Source: a virus
Taxonomy: Duplodnaviria > Caudoviricetes
Virus record (IMG/VR): IMGVR_UViG_3300027759_000006
Location: 1,165 to 65,164 of that record
DNA length: 64,000 nucleotides
Strand: one strand, 5' to 3'
The notes below the pieces were generated by a model. The model was not told the origin of the DNA and ran no database searches. It was given only the letters and a program-made list of their open reading frames with translations. Every line of letters begins with the position of its first letter. The first letter of the stretch is position 1. Of this stretch, positions 46,594 to 56,236 are shown piece after piece. A program made the translations under genes and the position numbers.

Positions 46594-48116
46594 TTACCGA
46601 CGATGTGCTGACCCCAGAGCGCGTAAATCGCATCGTGAAGAGCCTGCCGTCGGCAGAAGCAGCGGAATTGCTGGCTTTGATGGACGAATTGCAGGGCCGC
46701 AAGCGTATTGACATGTGTCAACTGGACTTTTTGGCGTTTATTGCGGCCATGGACCCCACATATAAGTTCGGAGTCCACTTAAAACGGCTGGGAAACCTGC
46801 TGATGGATGTGGAGAAGAACATCAAAAACCGCATTGCGGTGTCAATGGCCCCCAGGATGGGCAAATCGCAGATGATTTCCATCTACTACCCGGCTTGGTA
46901 CCTCGGTTTGCACCCCGATCACAAGGTAATTGTGGCCTCCCACACGGCTGATTTGGCTGTTGTGATGGCCAGAAAAGTGCGAAATCTCATCAATACGCCC
47001 GAGTACAAGGCCATATTTCCCAACACGGCGATCGCCGCAGATGCCAAAGCAGCGGCCCAATGGAACACCACAAAGGGCGGAGAGTACTTCGCCATCGGTG
47101 TGGGCGGCGCGTTGGCCGGTCGCGGAGCGCACTTAATCATTGCCGACGATCCGTTGTCGGAGCAGGACATCAAGGCGGGCAATACTTCATCACTGGACTC
47201 CACATATGAGTGGTTCTCTGCGGGATTGCGCACTCGTCTGATGCCGGACGGAAAGATATGCGTGCTGCACACAAGGTGGCACCAGCGGGACTTGATTGGG
47301 CGGTTGGTAAAAGACTCGGCCATGAACGAAGGCGGGGACAAATACGAGACGTTTGAGTTCCCTGCCATCCTCAATGAGAACACCGACAACGAGAAATCTA
47401 TTTGGCCAGAACAGTGGACAATTGAAGCGCTGCAACAAACCCGGGCGTCAATGCACCACATCATGTGGCAATGGTTTGCTCAGTACCAGCAAAACCCCAC
47501 GGCGTCGGAAGCAGCCATCATCAAGCGAGAGTGGATCAAGTGGTGGACAAAGGATGACCCACCTGCGGTTGATTTCATCGTGCAGTCCTACGATACGGCG
47601 CTCACCACCAAGCAGCGGTCAGACTTCTCTGTGTGTCATACATGGGGCGTGTGGAAGAACGAGGAAGATGTTGACAACGTGATCTTGCTCAACCGGGTCA
47701 AGGGCAAGTACGAGTTCCCTGAACTCAAAGTCATGGCCCACGAGCAGTTTAAAAACTGGGAGCCGGACAGCGTTATCGTGGAGGCCAAAGCGTCTGGCCA
47801 ACCGCTTATTGACGAAATGCGCCGCTCGGGTATATTTGTGCAGGACTTCAGCCCCGGCAAGGGACAAGACAAGATCGCGCGGCTCAATGCTGTGGCAGAC
47901 ATGTTTGCCTCTGGTCAGGTATGGTTTCCTGAGACTTCTTGGGCAGCGTCAACGGTCGAGGAAATTCTGGCTTTCCCAGCGGGCGAAAACGACGACGAGG
48001 TTGATGCAATGACACTGGCCCTGATGCGTATTAGAAAAGGCGGGCTATTGCGGTTGCAGACCGACCACGAGGATAATGAACCCTTCTACCGGGCCCGTCG
48101 GCCTGCGTACTACTAA
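46590..48116 (+). CDS. terL: terminase large subunit
   Basis: MAPRMGKS, GRGA, IIADDP, TRWH..DL.G, YQQNP, SYDTA, EAKASG, DDEVDA. Confidence 0.95.
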   Translation: MITDDVLTPERVNRIVKSLPSAEAAELLALMDELQGRKRIDMCQLDFLAFIAAMDPTYKFGVHLKRLGNLLMDVEKNIKNRIAVSMAPRMGKSQMISIYYPAWYLGLHPDHKVIVASHTADLAVVMARKVRNLINTPEYKAIFPNTAIAADAKAAAQWNTTKGGEYFAIGVGGALAGRGAHLIIADDPLSEQDIKAGNTSSLDSTYEWFSAGLRTRLMPDGKICVLHTRWHQRDLIGRLVKDSAMNEGGDKYETFEFPAILNENTDNEKSIWPEQWTIEALQQTRASMHHIMWQWFAQYQQNPTASEAAIIKREWIKWWTKDDPPAVDFIVQSYDTALTTKQRSDFSVCHTWGVWKNEEDVDNVILLNRVKGKYEFPELKVMAHEQFKNWEPDSVIVEAKASGQPLIDEMRRSGIFVQDFSPGKGQDKIARLNAVADMFASGQVWFPETSWAASTVEEILAFPAGENDDEVDAMTLALMRIRKGGLLRLQTDHEDNEPFYRARRPAYY

Positions 48117-48125
48117 GGATCAGAA

Positions 48126-50681
48126 ATGGAAAAAGGTATTTACGCCGCCCCCCTGGGGCTTGATTCAATGGGCACCGACGACGAGGCGCTGGAGATCGAC
48201 ATTGAGGACCCCGAGTCAGTAACTCTGAGCGACGGCAGCATGGAGATTACTCTGATGCCGGACTCGGACAAGAGCGAAGACTTCGATGCCAACTTGGCCG
48301 AAGAGATGGACGAGGGGGCACTGCAAACAGTAGCGAGTGATCTGTTGGAGTTAGTTGACGCTGACATCAACAGCCGCAAAGACTGGGTGGACATGTACGT
48401 CAAGGGCCTTGAAGTGCTGGGCATGAAGTACGAGGAGCGCACCGAGCCGTGGAACGGCGCATGCGGGGTGTACTCCACAGTGCTGACTGAGGCGGCAATC
48501 CGGTTCCAGTCAGAGACCATCATCGAGACATTCCCGTCCGCCGGGCCCGTGAAGACGGAGATCATCGGTGCCATTGACCGCTACAAAACTGAGGCAGCGG
48601 AGCGAGTTCGTGAGGACATGAACTACCAGTTGACCGAGGAAATGCCTGAGTACCGTCCTGAGCATGAGCGGTTGCTGTACTCCCTGGGGTTGGCCGGAGC
48701 GGCATTTAAAAAGGTGTACTACGACCCGGCGATGCGCCGCCAAGTGGCAATCTTTATTCCGGCTGAGGACATCATCCTGCCGTATGCCGCGTCGAGCGCC
48801 CGCTCCGCAGAACGTCTTACGCACACCATGCGCAAGACCAAGAACGACATTAAAAAGCTGCAAGTCAGTGGGTTTTATCGGGATGTGGACTTGGGCGAAC
48901 CCACCACAATCCACACCGACATCGAGAAGAAAAAGGCTGAAGACCAAGGGTATTCCCTTACCGATGACGAGCGGTACCAGATATATGAAATTCACGTTGA
49001 CTACGATCTGCCGGGCTACGAGGACGACGATGGGATTGCACTGCCTTATGTCATCACCATTGACCGCAGCACCCAGGAAGTTCTGGCTATCCGACGCAAC
49101 TGGGACCCGGAAGATGAGCGCCGCTTAAAGCGCCAGCACTTCGTACAGTACACGTACATACCAGGAAGTGGTTCCTACGGCTTGGGGCTGATCCATTTGA
49201 TTGGCGGGTACGCACGAGCGGGCACCATGCTCATCCGTCAGTTGGTCGATGCGGGCACACTCAGTAACCTGCCCGGCGGGTTGAAGGCCAGAGGGTTGCG
49301 GGTCAAGGGCGACGACACGCCCATCGCCCCGGGAGAGTTCCGCGATGTGGACGTGCCAAGCGGCAGCATCAAAGACAACATCATGGCCCTGCCGTACAAA
49401 GAGCCAAGCCAAGTGCTGGCCGGGCTGTTGGAGAAAATCACCGACGAGGGTCGCCGTCTGGGCTCTATCGCGGACATGAACGTCAGCGACATGAGCGCTA
49501 ATGCTCCGGTGGGTACCACGTTGGCGTTGCTCGAGCGGCAGCTTAAAGTGATGTCGGCTGTACAGGCGCGGGTGCACTACAGCATGAAGGAGGAGTTCAA
49601 GCTCCTCAAGGACATCATCCGCGACTACGCGCCGGAGGACTACGAGTACGACCCCGCCAGCGGCGACCGTCAAGTCAAGCAGTCGGACTACGACATGGTG
49701 GACGTGATCCCTGTGTCGGACCCCAACAGCAGCACGATGGCCCAGAGGATCATGCAGTACCAAGCTGTCATGCAGATGGCTCAAGGGGCTCCGCAAATTT
49801 ATGACTTGCCTTACTTGCACCGCCAGATGATTGAGGTGTTGGGCATCAAGAACGGCGAGAAGCTTGTGCCCATGGCCGAGGACATGAAGCCACGGGACCC
49901 TGTGTCAGAGAACATGGCGTTCCTGAATGGGGAGCCCACCAAGGCGTTTATCTACCAAGATCACGATGCGCACATCGCTGTGCACACAGCCATGATGCAG
50001 GACCCGCTGATCATGGCGCAGATTGGCCAGAACCCACAAGCGCAGAAGATGCAGAGCGAGATCATGGCCCACATCAGTGAGCACTTGGCCTTTGCATATC
50101 GTCGCAAGGTTGAGGAGCAGCTTGGCGTTGAGATGCCTGCACCCAACGAAGAGATTCCCAAAGAGTTGGAAGTGCAGTTGTCCCGCTTGGTGGCCCAGGC
50201 CGCACAGCAAGTGTTGGCCCAGAGCAAGTCCCAGGCGGCGCAGCAACAAGCCCAGCAAGCTGCGCAAGACCCGATCGTCCAGATGCAGCAAGCTGAGTTG
50301 CAGATCAAGAAGCAGGAAGCTGACACTAAGGCCAAGAAGGTTGAGGGTGACTTGTTGCTCAAGCAAGCTGAGATCGAGCTCAAGGCGCAAGCACAAGGAA
50401 GCCAGAACCCAGACCCAGTTATGTTGGCCGAGCAACACCGTCAAGAGATGGAGATGCAGAGCCAACGGCATGCCATGGAGATGGCCCAGGCGCAACAGTC
50501 ACAACAACTTGACGCACAGAAGCAACAGCAGGGCATGGCGCAGGCACAACAGATGCACACACAACAGATGGCGCATGGCGGGCAGGTGCACAACCAGAAG
50601 CTCACTCATGCACAAGAGCAAGCAAGAATAAAAGCGGAGTTGATGCGCAATCAACCCAAGCCAGGGAATAAAGGAGAGTAA
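48126..50681 (+). CDS. portal protein
   Basis: 851 aa directly after terL; FKKVYYD, YGLGL, long Q-rich C-terminal barrel as in P22-type portals. Confidence 0.9.
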   Translation: MEKGIYAAPLGLDSMGTDDEALEIDIEDPESVTLSDGSMEITLMPDSDKSEDFDANLAEEMDEGALQTVASDLLELVDADINSRKDWVDMYVKGLEVLGMKYEERTEPWNGACGVYSTVLTEAAIRFQSETIIETFPSAGPVKTEIIGAIDRYKTEAAERVREDMNYQLTEEMPEYRPEHERLLYSLGLAGAAFKKVYYDPAMRRQVAIFIPAEDIILPYAASSARSAERLTHTMRKTKNDIKKLQVSGFYRDVDLGEPTTIHTDIEKKKAEDQGYSLTDDERYQIYEIHVDYDLPGYEDDDGIALPYVITIDRSTQEVLAIRRNWDPEDERRLKRQHFVQYTYIPGSGSYGLGLIHLIGGYARAGTMLIRQLVDAGTLSNLPGGLKARGLRVKGDDTPIAPGEFRDVDVPSGSIKDNIMALPYKEPSQVLAGLLEKITDEGRRLGSIADMNVSDMSANAPVGTTLALLERQLKVMSAVQARVHYSMKEEFKLLKDIIRDYAPEDYEYDPASGDRQVKQSDYDMVDVIPVSDPNSSTMAQRIMQYQAVMQMAQGAPQIYDLPYLHRQMIEVLGIKNGEKLVPMAEDMKPRDPVSENMAFLNGEPTKAFIYQDHDAHIAVHTAMMQDPLIMAQIGQNPQAQKMQSEIMAHISEHLAFAYRRKVEEQLGVEMPAPNEEIPKELEVQLSRLVAQAAQQVLAQSKSQAAQQQAQQAAQDPIVQMQQAELQIKKQEADTKAKKVEGDLLLKQAEIELKAQAQGSQNPDPVMLAEQHRQEMEMQSQRHAMEMAQAQQSQQLDAQKQQQGMAQAQQMHTQQMAHGGQVHNQKLTHAQEQARIKAELMRNQPKPGNKGE

Positions 50682-50878
50682 TGGACAACCACGTATTGGA
50701 GCTGCTGAATTCCAAATTGGAAGAGCGCAAAGTTGGACTCATCGAAGTTTTGAGTGATGGCGGGGCATCGTCCTACGATCACTACAAAGAATTGTGCGGG
50801 ACTATCCGAGGTCTCCTGACCGCACAGTTAGAAATAGGTGACCTCGTGCGTAGACTAAAGGAAAATGACGATGACTGA
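50681..50878 (+). CDS. small head-module protein
   Basis: YKELCGTIRGL motif; AAGGAG RBS. Confidence 0.75.
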   Translation: MDNHVLELLNSKLEERKVGLIEVLSDGGASSYDHYKELCGTIRGLLTAQLEIGDLVRRLKENDDD

Positions 50879-51269
50879 ATTTGACGTTGCGGCAGTAGAC
50901 CTGTCGGGTATTTTGAACGCGCCAGCGGAGGAGAAGGCAAAACAAGTGCCGGACCCTGCCACGTTCCACTTACTGTGTGTTCTCCCTGATATTGATGAGT
51001 CCTATGAAAGCGGCTTAGTGAAAGCTGGCCAGACGATGCACTACGAGGAGGTCCTATCTCCCGTGCTGTACGTCGTCAAAGTGGGCCCCGACGCTTATAA
51101 AGACGAAAAACGCTTCCCCAGCGGTGCGTCTTGTAAAGCGGGTGACTTTGTGTTGGTTCGCCCCAACACTGGTACACGGATCAAGATTCACGGCAAAGAG
51201 TTCCGGATCATCAATGATGACTCGGTTGAAGCTGTGGTCCAAGACCCCCGTGGCATTTCCCGCGCATAA
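50865..51269 (+). CDS. groES: co-chaperonin GroES-like protein
   Basis: SGLV, VVKVGPD, KAGDFVL, GTRIKIHGKEFRIINDDSVEAVV. Confidence 0.85.
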   Translation: MTMTEFDVAAVDLSGILNAPAEEKAKQVPDPATFHLLCVLPDIDESYESGLVKAGQTMHYEEVLSPVLYVVKVGPDAYKDEKRFPSGASCKAGDFVLVRPNTGTRIKIHGKEFRIINDDSVEAVVQDPRGISRA

Positions 51270-51279
51270 GGAGTAACTC

Positions 51280-52245
51280 ATGCCTGAATTTGAAAAAACC
51301 ACATTTGAGTTCCCTGACGAAAAGGAACAAGCGGAATCCACGGCCACCAAGGAATTGGCTCCGCCAAAGTCTGCGGCCAGAGATGAAACTGAGATAGAGA
51401 TCATCGATGATACCCCTCCGGCGGATCGCAATCGTAAGCCTATGGCCGAAGCGCCAAAGGATATGACCGAGGAAGAGCTTGATAAATACGATGAAAGTGT
51501 TAAAAAACGTATTCAGCACTTCACCAAGGGCTACCATGAGGAGCGCCGTGCCAAGGATTCAGCCCTGCGTGAGCGGGAGGAAGCTGTCCGGATGGCCCAA
51601 GCACTTGTTGAAGAGAACAAGAAGCTCAAGGGCTCTCTGTCCCAAGGCCAGACGGCGCTGCTGGAGCAGGCCAAAAAAGTTGTAGCCAACGACTTGGAGC
51701 AGGCAAAGCGCCGGTACCGGGAAGCCTATGAAGCCGGGGACTCGGAGGCTTTGGCCAACGCCCAGGAGGAAATGACCGCCGTCAAGATAAAAGCGGAGCG
51801 CGTAAATAATTTTAAGCCTACCTCTTTACAAGACGATCAAGTTGAGGTACAAACGCCTAAATCTCCCCCCGAGCAGCGCAGCGATCCACGCGCAGATGAT
51901 TGGCGGGATTCCAATCCTTGGTTTGGCACTAACCGTAAAATGACGGCTTATGCGATTGCCTTACACGAGGACTTGGTACAAGATGAACGTGTATCTCCAG
52001 CTAGCGAAGATTATTTTCGTCGCATAGATGAAGAGATGCGGTCCAGATTTCCAGATCAGTTTGAGTCTGAGAGATCCGCTGATGCGTCACCTCAGCGCCA
52101 GAAATCGAACGTCGTCGCCCCAGCAACGCGGAGTACTGCGCCCCGAAAGGTCGTACTTACCAAATCGCAGGTCGAAATCGCCAAACGGCTTAATGTCCCT
52201 TTGGAACTTTATGCCCGTAAGGTTGCGGAAGAAATGAGGAAATAA
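51280..52245 (+). CDS. capsid scaffolding protein (putative)
   Basis: Acidic coiled coil, NPWFG, C-terminal LTKSQVEIAKRLNVPLELYA. Confidence 0.8.
   Translation: MPEFEKTTFEFPDEKEQAESTATKELAPPKSAARDETEIEIIDDTPPADRNRKPMAEAPKDMTEEELDKYDESVKKRIQHFTKGYHEERRAKDSALREREEAVRMAQALVEENKKLKGSLSQGQTALLEQAKKVVANDLEQAKRRYREAYEAGDSEALANAQEEMTAVKIKAERVNNFKPTSLQDDQVEVQTPKSPPEQRSDPRADDWRDSNPWFGTNRKMTAYAIALHEDLVQDERVSPASEDYFRRIDEEMRSRFPDQFESERSADASPQRQKSNVVAPATRSTAPRKVVLTKSQVEIAKRLNVPLELYARKVAEEMRK
51825..51853 (+). promoter_or_regulatory. possible internal promoter for capsid genes
   Basis: TTTACA-17 nt-TACAAA preceded by an AT-rich tract within the scaffold gene. Confidence 0.4.
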
Positions 52246-52247
52246 TC

Positions 52248-52715
52248 ATGGCAGAACAGAACAAACTTAATCGTGAACTCGAATCCCGCGCTCGTGAAGT
52301 GCGCCCAGTAACCAAATGGGCACCTGCTCAACTTCTACCCGAAGTTGACGAAGAGCCGGGGTATGCGTTCCGCTGGATTCGCACCAGCATGATGGGTGCT
52401 CCCGATGCCAGAAATATAACCTCAAAGTTCCGTGAGGGATGGGAGCCTGTAAAGGCCTCTGACCACCCCGAAGCGCAAGTCTTTGCTGAGCCCAACAGCC
52501 GGTATAAGGATGCGATTGAAGTGGGTGGACTCATCCTGTGCAAAACTCCGGTGGAGTTTATCGGTCAACGTAGTGAGCACTTCCAAAAGATTGCTGATTC
52601 ACAGATGACTTCGGTAGATAACACCTATATGCGCGAGAGTGATTCCCGCATGCCGCTGTTCAATGAGCGCCGCTCAACAGTGACTAAGGGACGAGCTTTC
52701 GGTTCTGGTTCTTAA
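52248..52715 (+). CDS. head-module protein
   Basis: W.P...LP, GY.FRWIR, EGWEPV, VGGLILCK. Confidence 0.75.
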   Translation: MAEQNKLNRELESRAREVRPVTKWAPAQLLPEVDEEPGYAFRWIRTSMMGAPDARNITSKFREGWEPVKASDHPEAQVFAEPNSRYKDAIEVGGLILCKTPVEFIGQRSEHFQKIADSQMTSVDNTYMRESDSRMPLFNERRSTVTKGRAFGSGS

Positions 52716-52733
52716 TTTTCAGGAGTCTTTTCA

Positions 52734-53330
52734 ATGGCTTACCCCACTGTCTCCGCACCATATGGTCTAAAGCCTGTCAATCGCATTGACGGCATGCCCT
52801 ATGCTGGTGCCCTACGACAGATTCCCGTTGCAGCCGCTTTTGGCACTGCTATCTTCTTTGGAGATACGGTCCAGATTAACTCTGACGGTTATCTGATTCT
52901 CTCAACCACCACCAACTCCGGTGCGATTGTCGGCGTCTGTGTCGGCGGTCAATACGTGAACTCCAGCGGCCAAACCGTTCAGGGTCAGTATTTGCCTGCT
53001 TCCATCAGCACTGCTACCAATCTGGCTTATGCGTATGTTGTGGATGACCCCATGGCCCTGTTCAAGGTCGCCGTTGTGTCTTCTGGCACTACCATGAGTT
53101 CCGCTGGGCGGGCTGTTGTCGGTACTAACTTGGCTCTGGTTCTCAACGCGGGCAACACCACCACTGGTGACTCTGCCTTTGCTGTGACCCTGACCGGTGC
53201 TGGTACGACTGCAACCATCCCAATCCGTGTGATCGACGTTGTGCCTGAGACCGCCACTGCTGCCGACACTTACACTGAACTCTTGGTGAAGATCAACACT
53301 CACCAATACAACAACACCACTGGTGTTTAA
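52734..53330 (+). CDS. capsid decoration / cement protein
   Basis: Beta-rich, APYGLKP, VVDDP; directly upstream of the MCP. Confidence 0.75.
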   Translation: MAYPTVSAPYGLKPVNRIDGMPYAGALRQIPVAAAFGTAIFFGDTVQINSDGYLILSTTTNSGAIVGVCVGGQYVNSSGQTVQGQYLPASISTATNLAYAYVVDDPMALFKVAVVSSGTTMSSAGRAVVGTNLALVLNAGNTTTGDSAFAVTLTGAGTTATIPIRVIDVVPETATAADTYTELLVKINTHQYNNTTGV

Positions 53331-53340
53331 GGAGTAAGAA

Positions 53341-54249
53341 ATGGCAATTTCACGCGCACAACTACTTAAAGAACTGCTCCCTGGCCTGAACGCTTTGTTT
53401 GGCTTGCAGTATGCGACCTACCCTGAAGAGCACAAAGAAATCTACGAAACCGAGACTTCTGAGCGTTCCTTTGAGGAAGAGACCAAACTGGCTGGCTTCT
53501 CTGCTGCACCGGTCAAGAACGAAGGTTCTGCGATCCAGTATGACAACGCTCAGGAAGCTTGGACTGCTCGTTACAACCACGAAACCATTGCAATGGGTTT
53601 TTCAATCACTGAAGAAGCGATTGAAGACAATTTGTACGACAGCTTGTCTGCGCGCTACACCAAATCGCTGGCTCGTGGTATGGCTTACACCAAGCAGGTC
53701 AAAGCTGCCTTTGTGTTGAACAATGCGTTCAGCACTACGGTGACTTACGGTGACGGAGTGAGCTTGTGCTCTACCGCCCACCCGTTGATCTCTGGTGGAA
53801 CCAACAGCAATCGCCCGGCTACCGCCGCTGACTTGAATGAGACTTCGTTGGAAAACGCAGTCATTCAGATCGCTGCCTGGACGGACGAGCGTGGCCTGTT
53901 GATCGCAGCCAAGCCCAAGAAGTTAATTGTTCCTCCTGCTCTGATGTTCGTTGCAACTCGTCTCCTGGAGACCGAATTGCGTGTTGGCACGACCGACAAC
54001 GACATCAACGCGTTGAAGAACAACGGCTCTATTCCCCAGGGCTACTGTGTCAACCACTACCTGACTGACACCAATGCTTGGTTCCTGTCTACCGATGTGC
54101 CTAACGGGCTGAAGCACTTTGTGCGTATGCCCCTGGACACAAAAATGGATGGTGATTTTGACACCGGAAACGTCCGCTATAAAGCTCGTGAGCGTTATAG
54201 CTTCGGCGTGTCAGACCCCTTGGGTATCTTCGGGTCCCCTGGCGCTTGA
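53341..54249 (+). CDS. major capsid protein (Mu gpT-like)
   Basis: MAISRAQLLKELLPGLNALFG, ITEEAIED, GDGVSLCS.AHP, LIVPP.L, RERYSFG. Confidence 0.92.
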   Translation: MAISRAQLLKELLPGLNALFGLQYATYPEEHKEIYETETSERSFEEETKLAGFSAAPVKNEGSAIQYDNAQEAWTARYNHETIAMGFSITEEAIEDNLYDSLSARYTKSLARGMAYTKQVKAAFVLNNAFSTTVTYGDGVSLCSTAHPLISGGTNSNRPATAADLNETSLENAVIQIAAWTDERGLLIAAKPKKLIVPPALMFVATRLLETELRVGTTDNDINALKNNGSIPQGYCVNHYLTDTNAWFLSTDVPNGLKHFVRMPLDTKMDGDFDTGNVRYKARERYSFGVSDPLGIFGSPGA

Positions 54250-54285
54250 TAGGTTCAGTACGGTAGAGGTGACTGGCCTGCCACT

Positions 54286-54310
54286 AGGGCCCCTTCGGGG
54301 GCCCTTTTTA
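54286..54310 (+). terminator. intrinsic terminator after the MCP
   Basis: AGGGCCCC-TTCG-GGGGCCCT followed by a T run. Confidence 0.9.
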
Positions 54311-54314
54311 TTTG

Positions 54315-54343
54315 TTGCGCCCCACCAAAAACCATGATATATT
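54315..54343 (+). promoter_or_regulatory. sigma70-type promoter
   Basis: TTGCGC-17 nt-TATATT with extended TGn. Confidence 0.7.
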
Positions 54344-54350
54344 GACCCCA

Positions 54351-54424
54351 ATCCGGGAAAACCGGTGTATCAAACAGTCCCGGCTGACTGTCATGCAAGA
54401 TTGATACACCTTAACGCATGGAGA
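54351..54424 (+). ncRNA. structured RNA, probably the Mu-gpT-DE motif
   Basis: 10-bp stem GGTGTATCAA/TTGATACACC plus two pseudoknot pairings; position downstream of a gpT-like gene fits the described motif. Confidence 0.7.
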
Positions 54425-54431
54425 ATTGATT

Positions 54432-54950
54432 ATGGGTTTCGCTACTCACCTTGGCCCTTGGTTGTTGGGCACTGTCCGTAACACCACTGGCACGACTGTC
54501 GGCACGATTGAAAACTGCGGCGCAACCGTTGTTTCTCAAACCTTCAAAAAGAATTACGCCGGTCAAGCTGCTTCAGCTACCACCGACACCGTTTGCGTGT
54601 TGCCCGCTGGCGCACAAATCCTGGAAATCTATGTTGATACGCTGGTTGCCTTCACAGGCTCTACCGCAGCCAACATGACCCTGGGCGATGGCACAACTGC
54701 CAATAAGTATTGGACAACCACCGACATCACCACCGCAGGCCGCTTGGCTACAACCAATGCCGTCTTGTCTGCATGGTGCGGAGCCACCTCCACCGCCTCT
54801 CCCAACGGGATCGGTATTGGCCCAACCGATGTGAAATTGATTGCAACCTTGACCCCAACTGTGGCGGCTGTCACCGTTGGTACGGTTCAATACACTGTGG
54901 TGTACGTTGTTGCTGACTCTAACGGTTCGCAGTTCCCAGCATCCGCTTAA
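54432..54950 (+). CDS. virion structural protein (head fibre/decoration)
   Basis: TH.GP N-terminus, LPAGAQIL beta-sandwich; GGAG RBS. Confidence 0.75.
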   Translation: MGFATHLGPWLLGTVRNTTGTTVGTIENCGATVVSQTFKKNYAGQAASATTDTVCVLPAGAQILEIYVDTLVAFTGSTAANMTLGDGTTANKYWTTTDITTAGRLATTNAVLSAWCGATSTASPNGIGIGPTDVKLIATLTPTVAAVTVGTVQYTVVYVVADSNGSQFPASA

Positions 54951-54958
54951 TTGATCTT

Positions 54959-54974
54959 GGGGGCTTCGGCCCCC
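54959..54974 (+). other. UUCG hairpin (weak terminator or stabiliser)
   Basis: GGGGGC-TTCG-GCCCCC with a poor U tract. Confidence 0.55.
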
Positions 54975-54993
54975 GCTTCTTAAAGGATTGATT

Positions 54994-55500
54994 ATGAATC
55001 AGACCAATGTAAAGCAAGCGCACCTAAACGGTAGCGGCTTTTTGGTAATGGGGCGCAACAGGGTCAAGGCCATTTCTTTTACCGGCACAGCAACCGCAGG
55101 TTTTGTGGCGTTGTTTGATACGACAACTGCACCTGTGACTACGGCAACTTATGGTCGCTCTGGCACAACTGTTACGGTTTCAGCAACAGCGCATGGGCTT
55201 GTGACGGGCGACGTGATCGGTATTGACTTTGCTGCCGGAACAGGCGGCACTGCAACCAATGGAAACTACCCAATCACCCGGGTAGACGCAAACTCTTTCA
55301 CGCTCACAGACATCAACACAGGGTCTATCACCGCTGGTGCATCAATGGTGTATTCAAATCGCTGGTTGATGACCTACGATGTGAGTGCCAGTGACACGTT
55401 CAATAACGCGCCGATCATTCCCCAAGATGGCGTGTTGGCAGTCAATGGTGTATACGTATACATGCTCAACGTAACTTCATGTAACATTTACTATGGCTGA
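54994..55500 (+). CDS. virion structural protein with inserted FCCH-like beta domain
   Basis: TAHGL.TGD.I...NGNY.IT.VD.NSFT insert. Confidence 0.7.
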   Translation: MNQTNVKQAHLNGSGFLVMGRNRVKAISFTGTATAGFVALFDTTTAPVTTATYGRSGTTVTVSATAHGLVTGDVIGIDFAAGTGGTATNGNYPITRVDANSFTLTDINTGSITAGASMVYSNRWLMTYDVSASDTFNNAPIIPQDGVLAVNGVYVYMLNVTSCNIYYG

Positions 55501-56236
55501 TAAGAGCTTCAACTTGGTGGGACGCAAGCTTATGATTGCGATCCCTTGTTATGACGGCAAGGTCAACATCAAGACCTGTTTTGCCATAGCGCAACTCGTC
55601 CCCAAGTTGGACAAGATGGGTGTCCAGATTCATCTGGTGCACCTGTCTGGCTGCTCAATCATCACCAAGGCTCGGAACAAGCTGGTGATGAACTTCATGG
55701 ACTCAGACTGCACTGACCTGCTGTTTGTGGACGCTGATGTGGTCATCAATGTTGAGGCTGTGACCCGCCTGTTGGCCCTGTCTACGGACAAAGACGTTGT
55801 AGCTGGTACGTACCCCCGCAGAGCGGCAGATGCCAAGTTCTTCTTGGACTTCTACCTGGATGAGAACAACCAGTTGGAGTTTGATGAGAATGGCCTGATG
55901 CGCGTGGAGAGCGTGGCCACTGGGTTCATGCTGATCCGCCGCCATGTCATTGAGTCCATGATTGCTGCCCACCCTGAGTGGAAATACAAAGGCGACGGCG
56001 AGGGCACAGATGAATACGCTGTGTTTGACTTTGCCATCGTGGACGGCAACTACATCGGGGAAGACTACCTGTTCTGCCGCAGGGCCAGAGAGCACGGGTA
56101 CAAGATTTACCTCGACCCCATGATAAGCTTGCCGCACATCGGCACGCAAGAATTCACCCGTAACTTTGAGCAAGACGCTTTGCAACCACTCCTCAAGGAG
56201 CATGCAAAACCGCACTTGAAAGTGGCAAATGGCTAA
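55493..56236 (+). CDS. GT-A fold glycosyltransferase (GT2-like)
   Basis: IAIP.Y, ARN, LFVDAD (DxD), TGFMLI, GEDYLFC, L.HIG. Confidence 0.8.
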   Translation: MADKSFNLVGRKLMIAIPCYDGKVNIKTCFAIAQLVPKLDKMGVQIHLVHLSGCSIITKARNKLVMNFMDSDCTDLLFVDADVVINVEAVTRLLALSTDKDVVAGTYPRRAADAKFFLDFYLDENNQLEFDENGLMRVESVATGFMLIRRHVIESMIAAHPEWKYKGDGEGTDEYAVFDFAIVDGNYIGEDYLFCRRAREHGYKIYLDPMISLPHIGTQEFTRNFEQDALQPLLKEHAKPHLKVANG

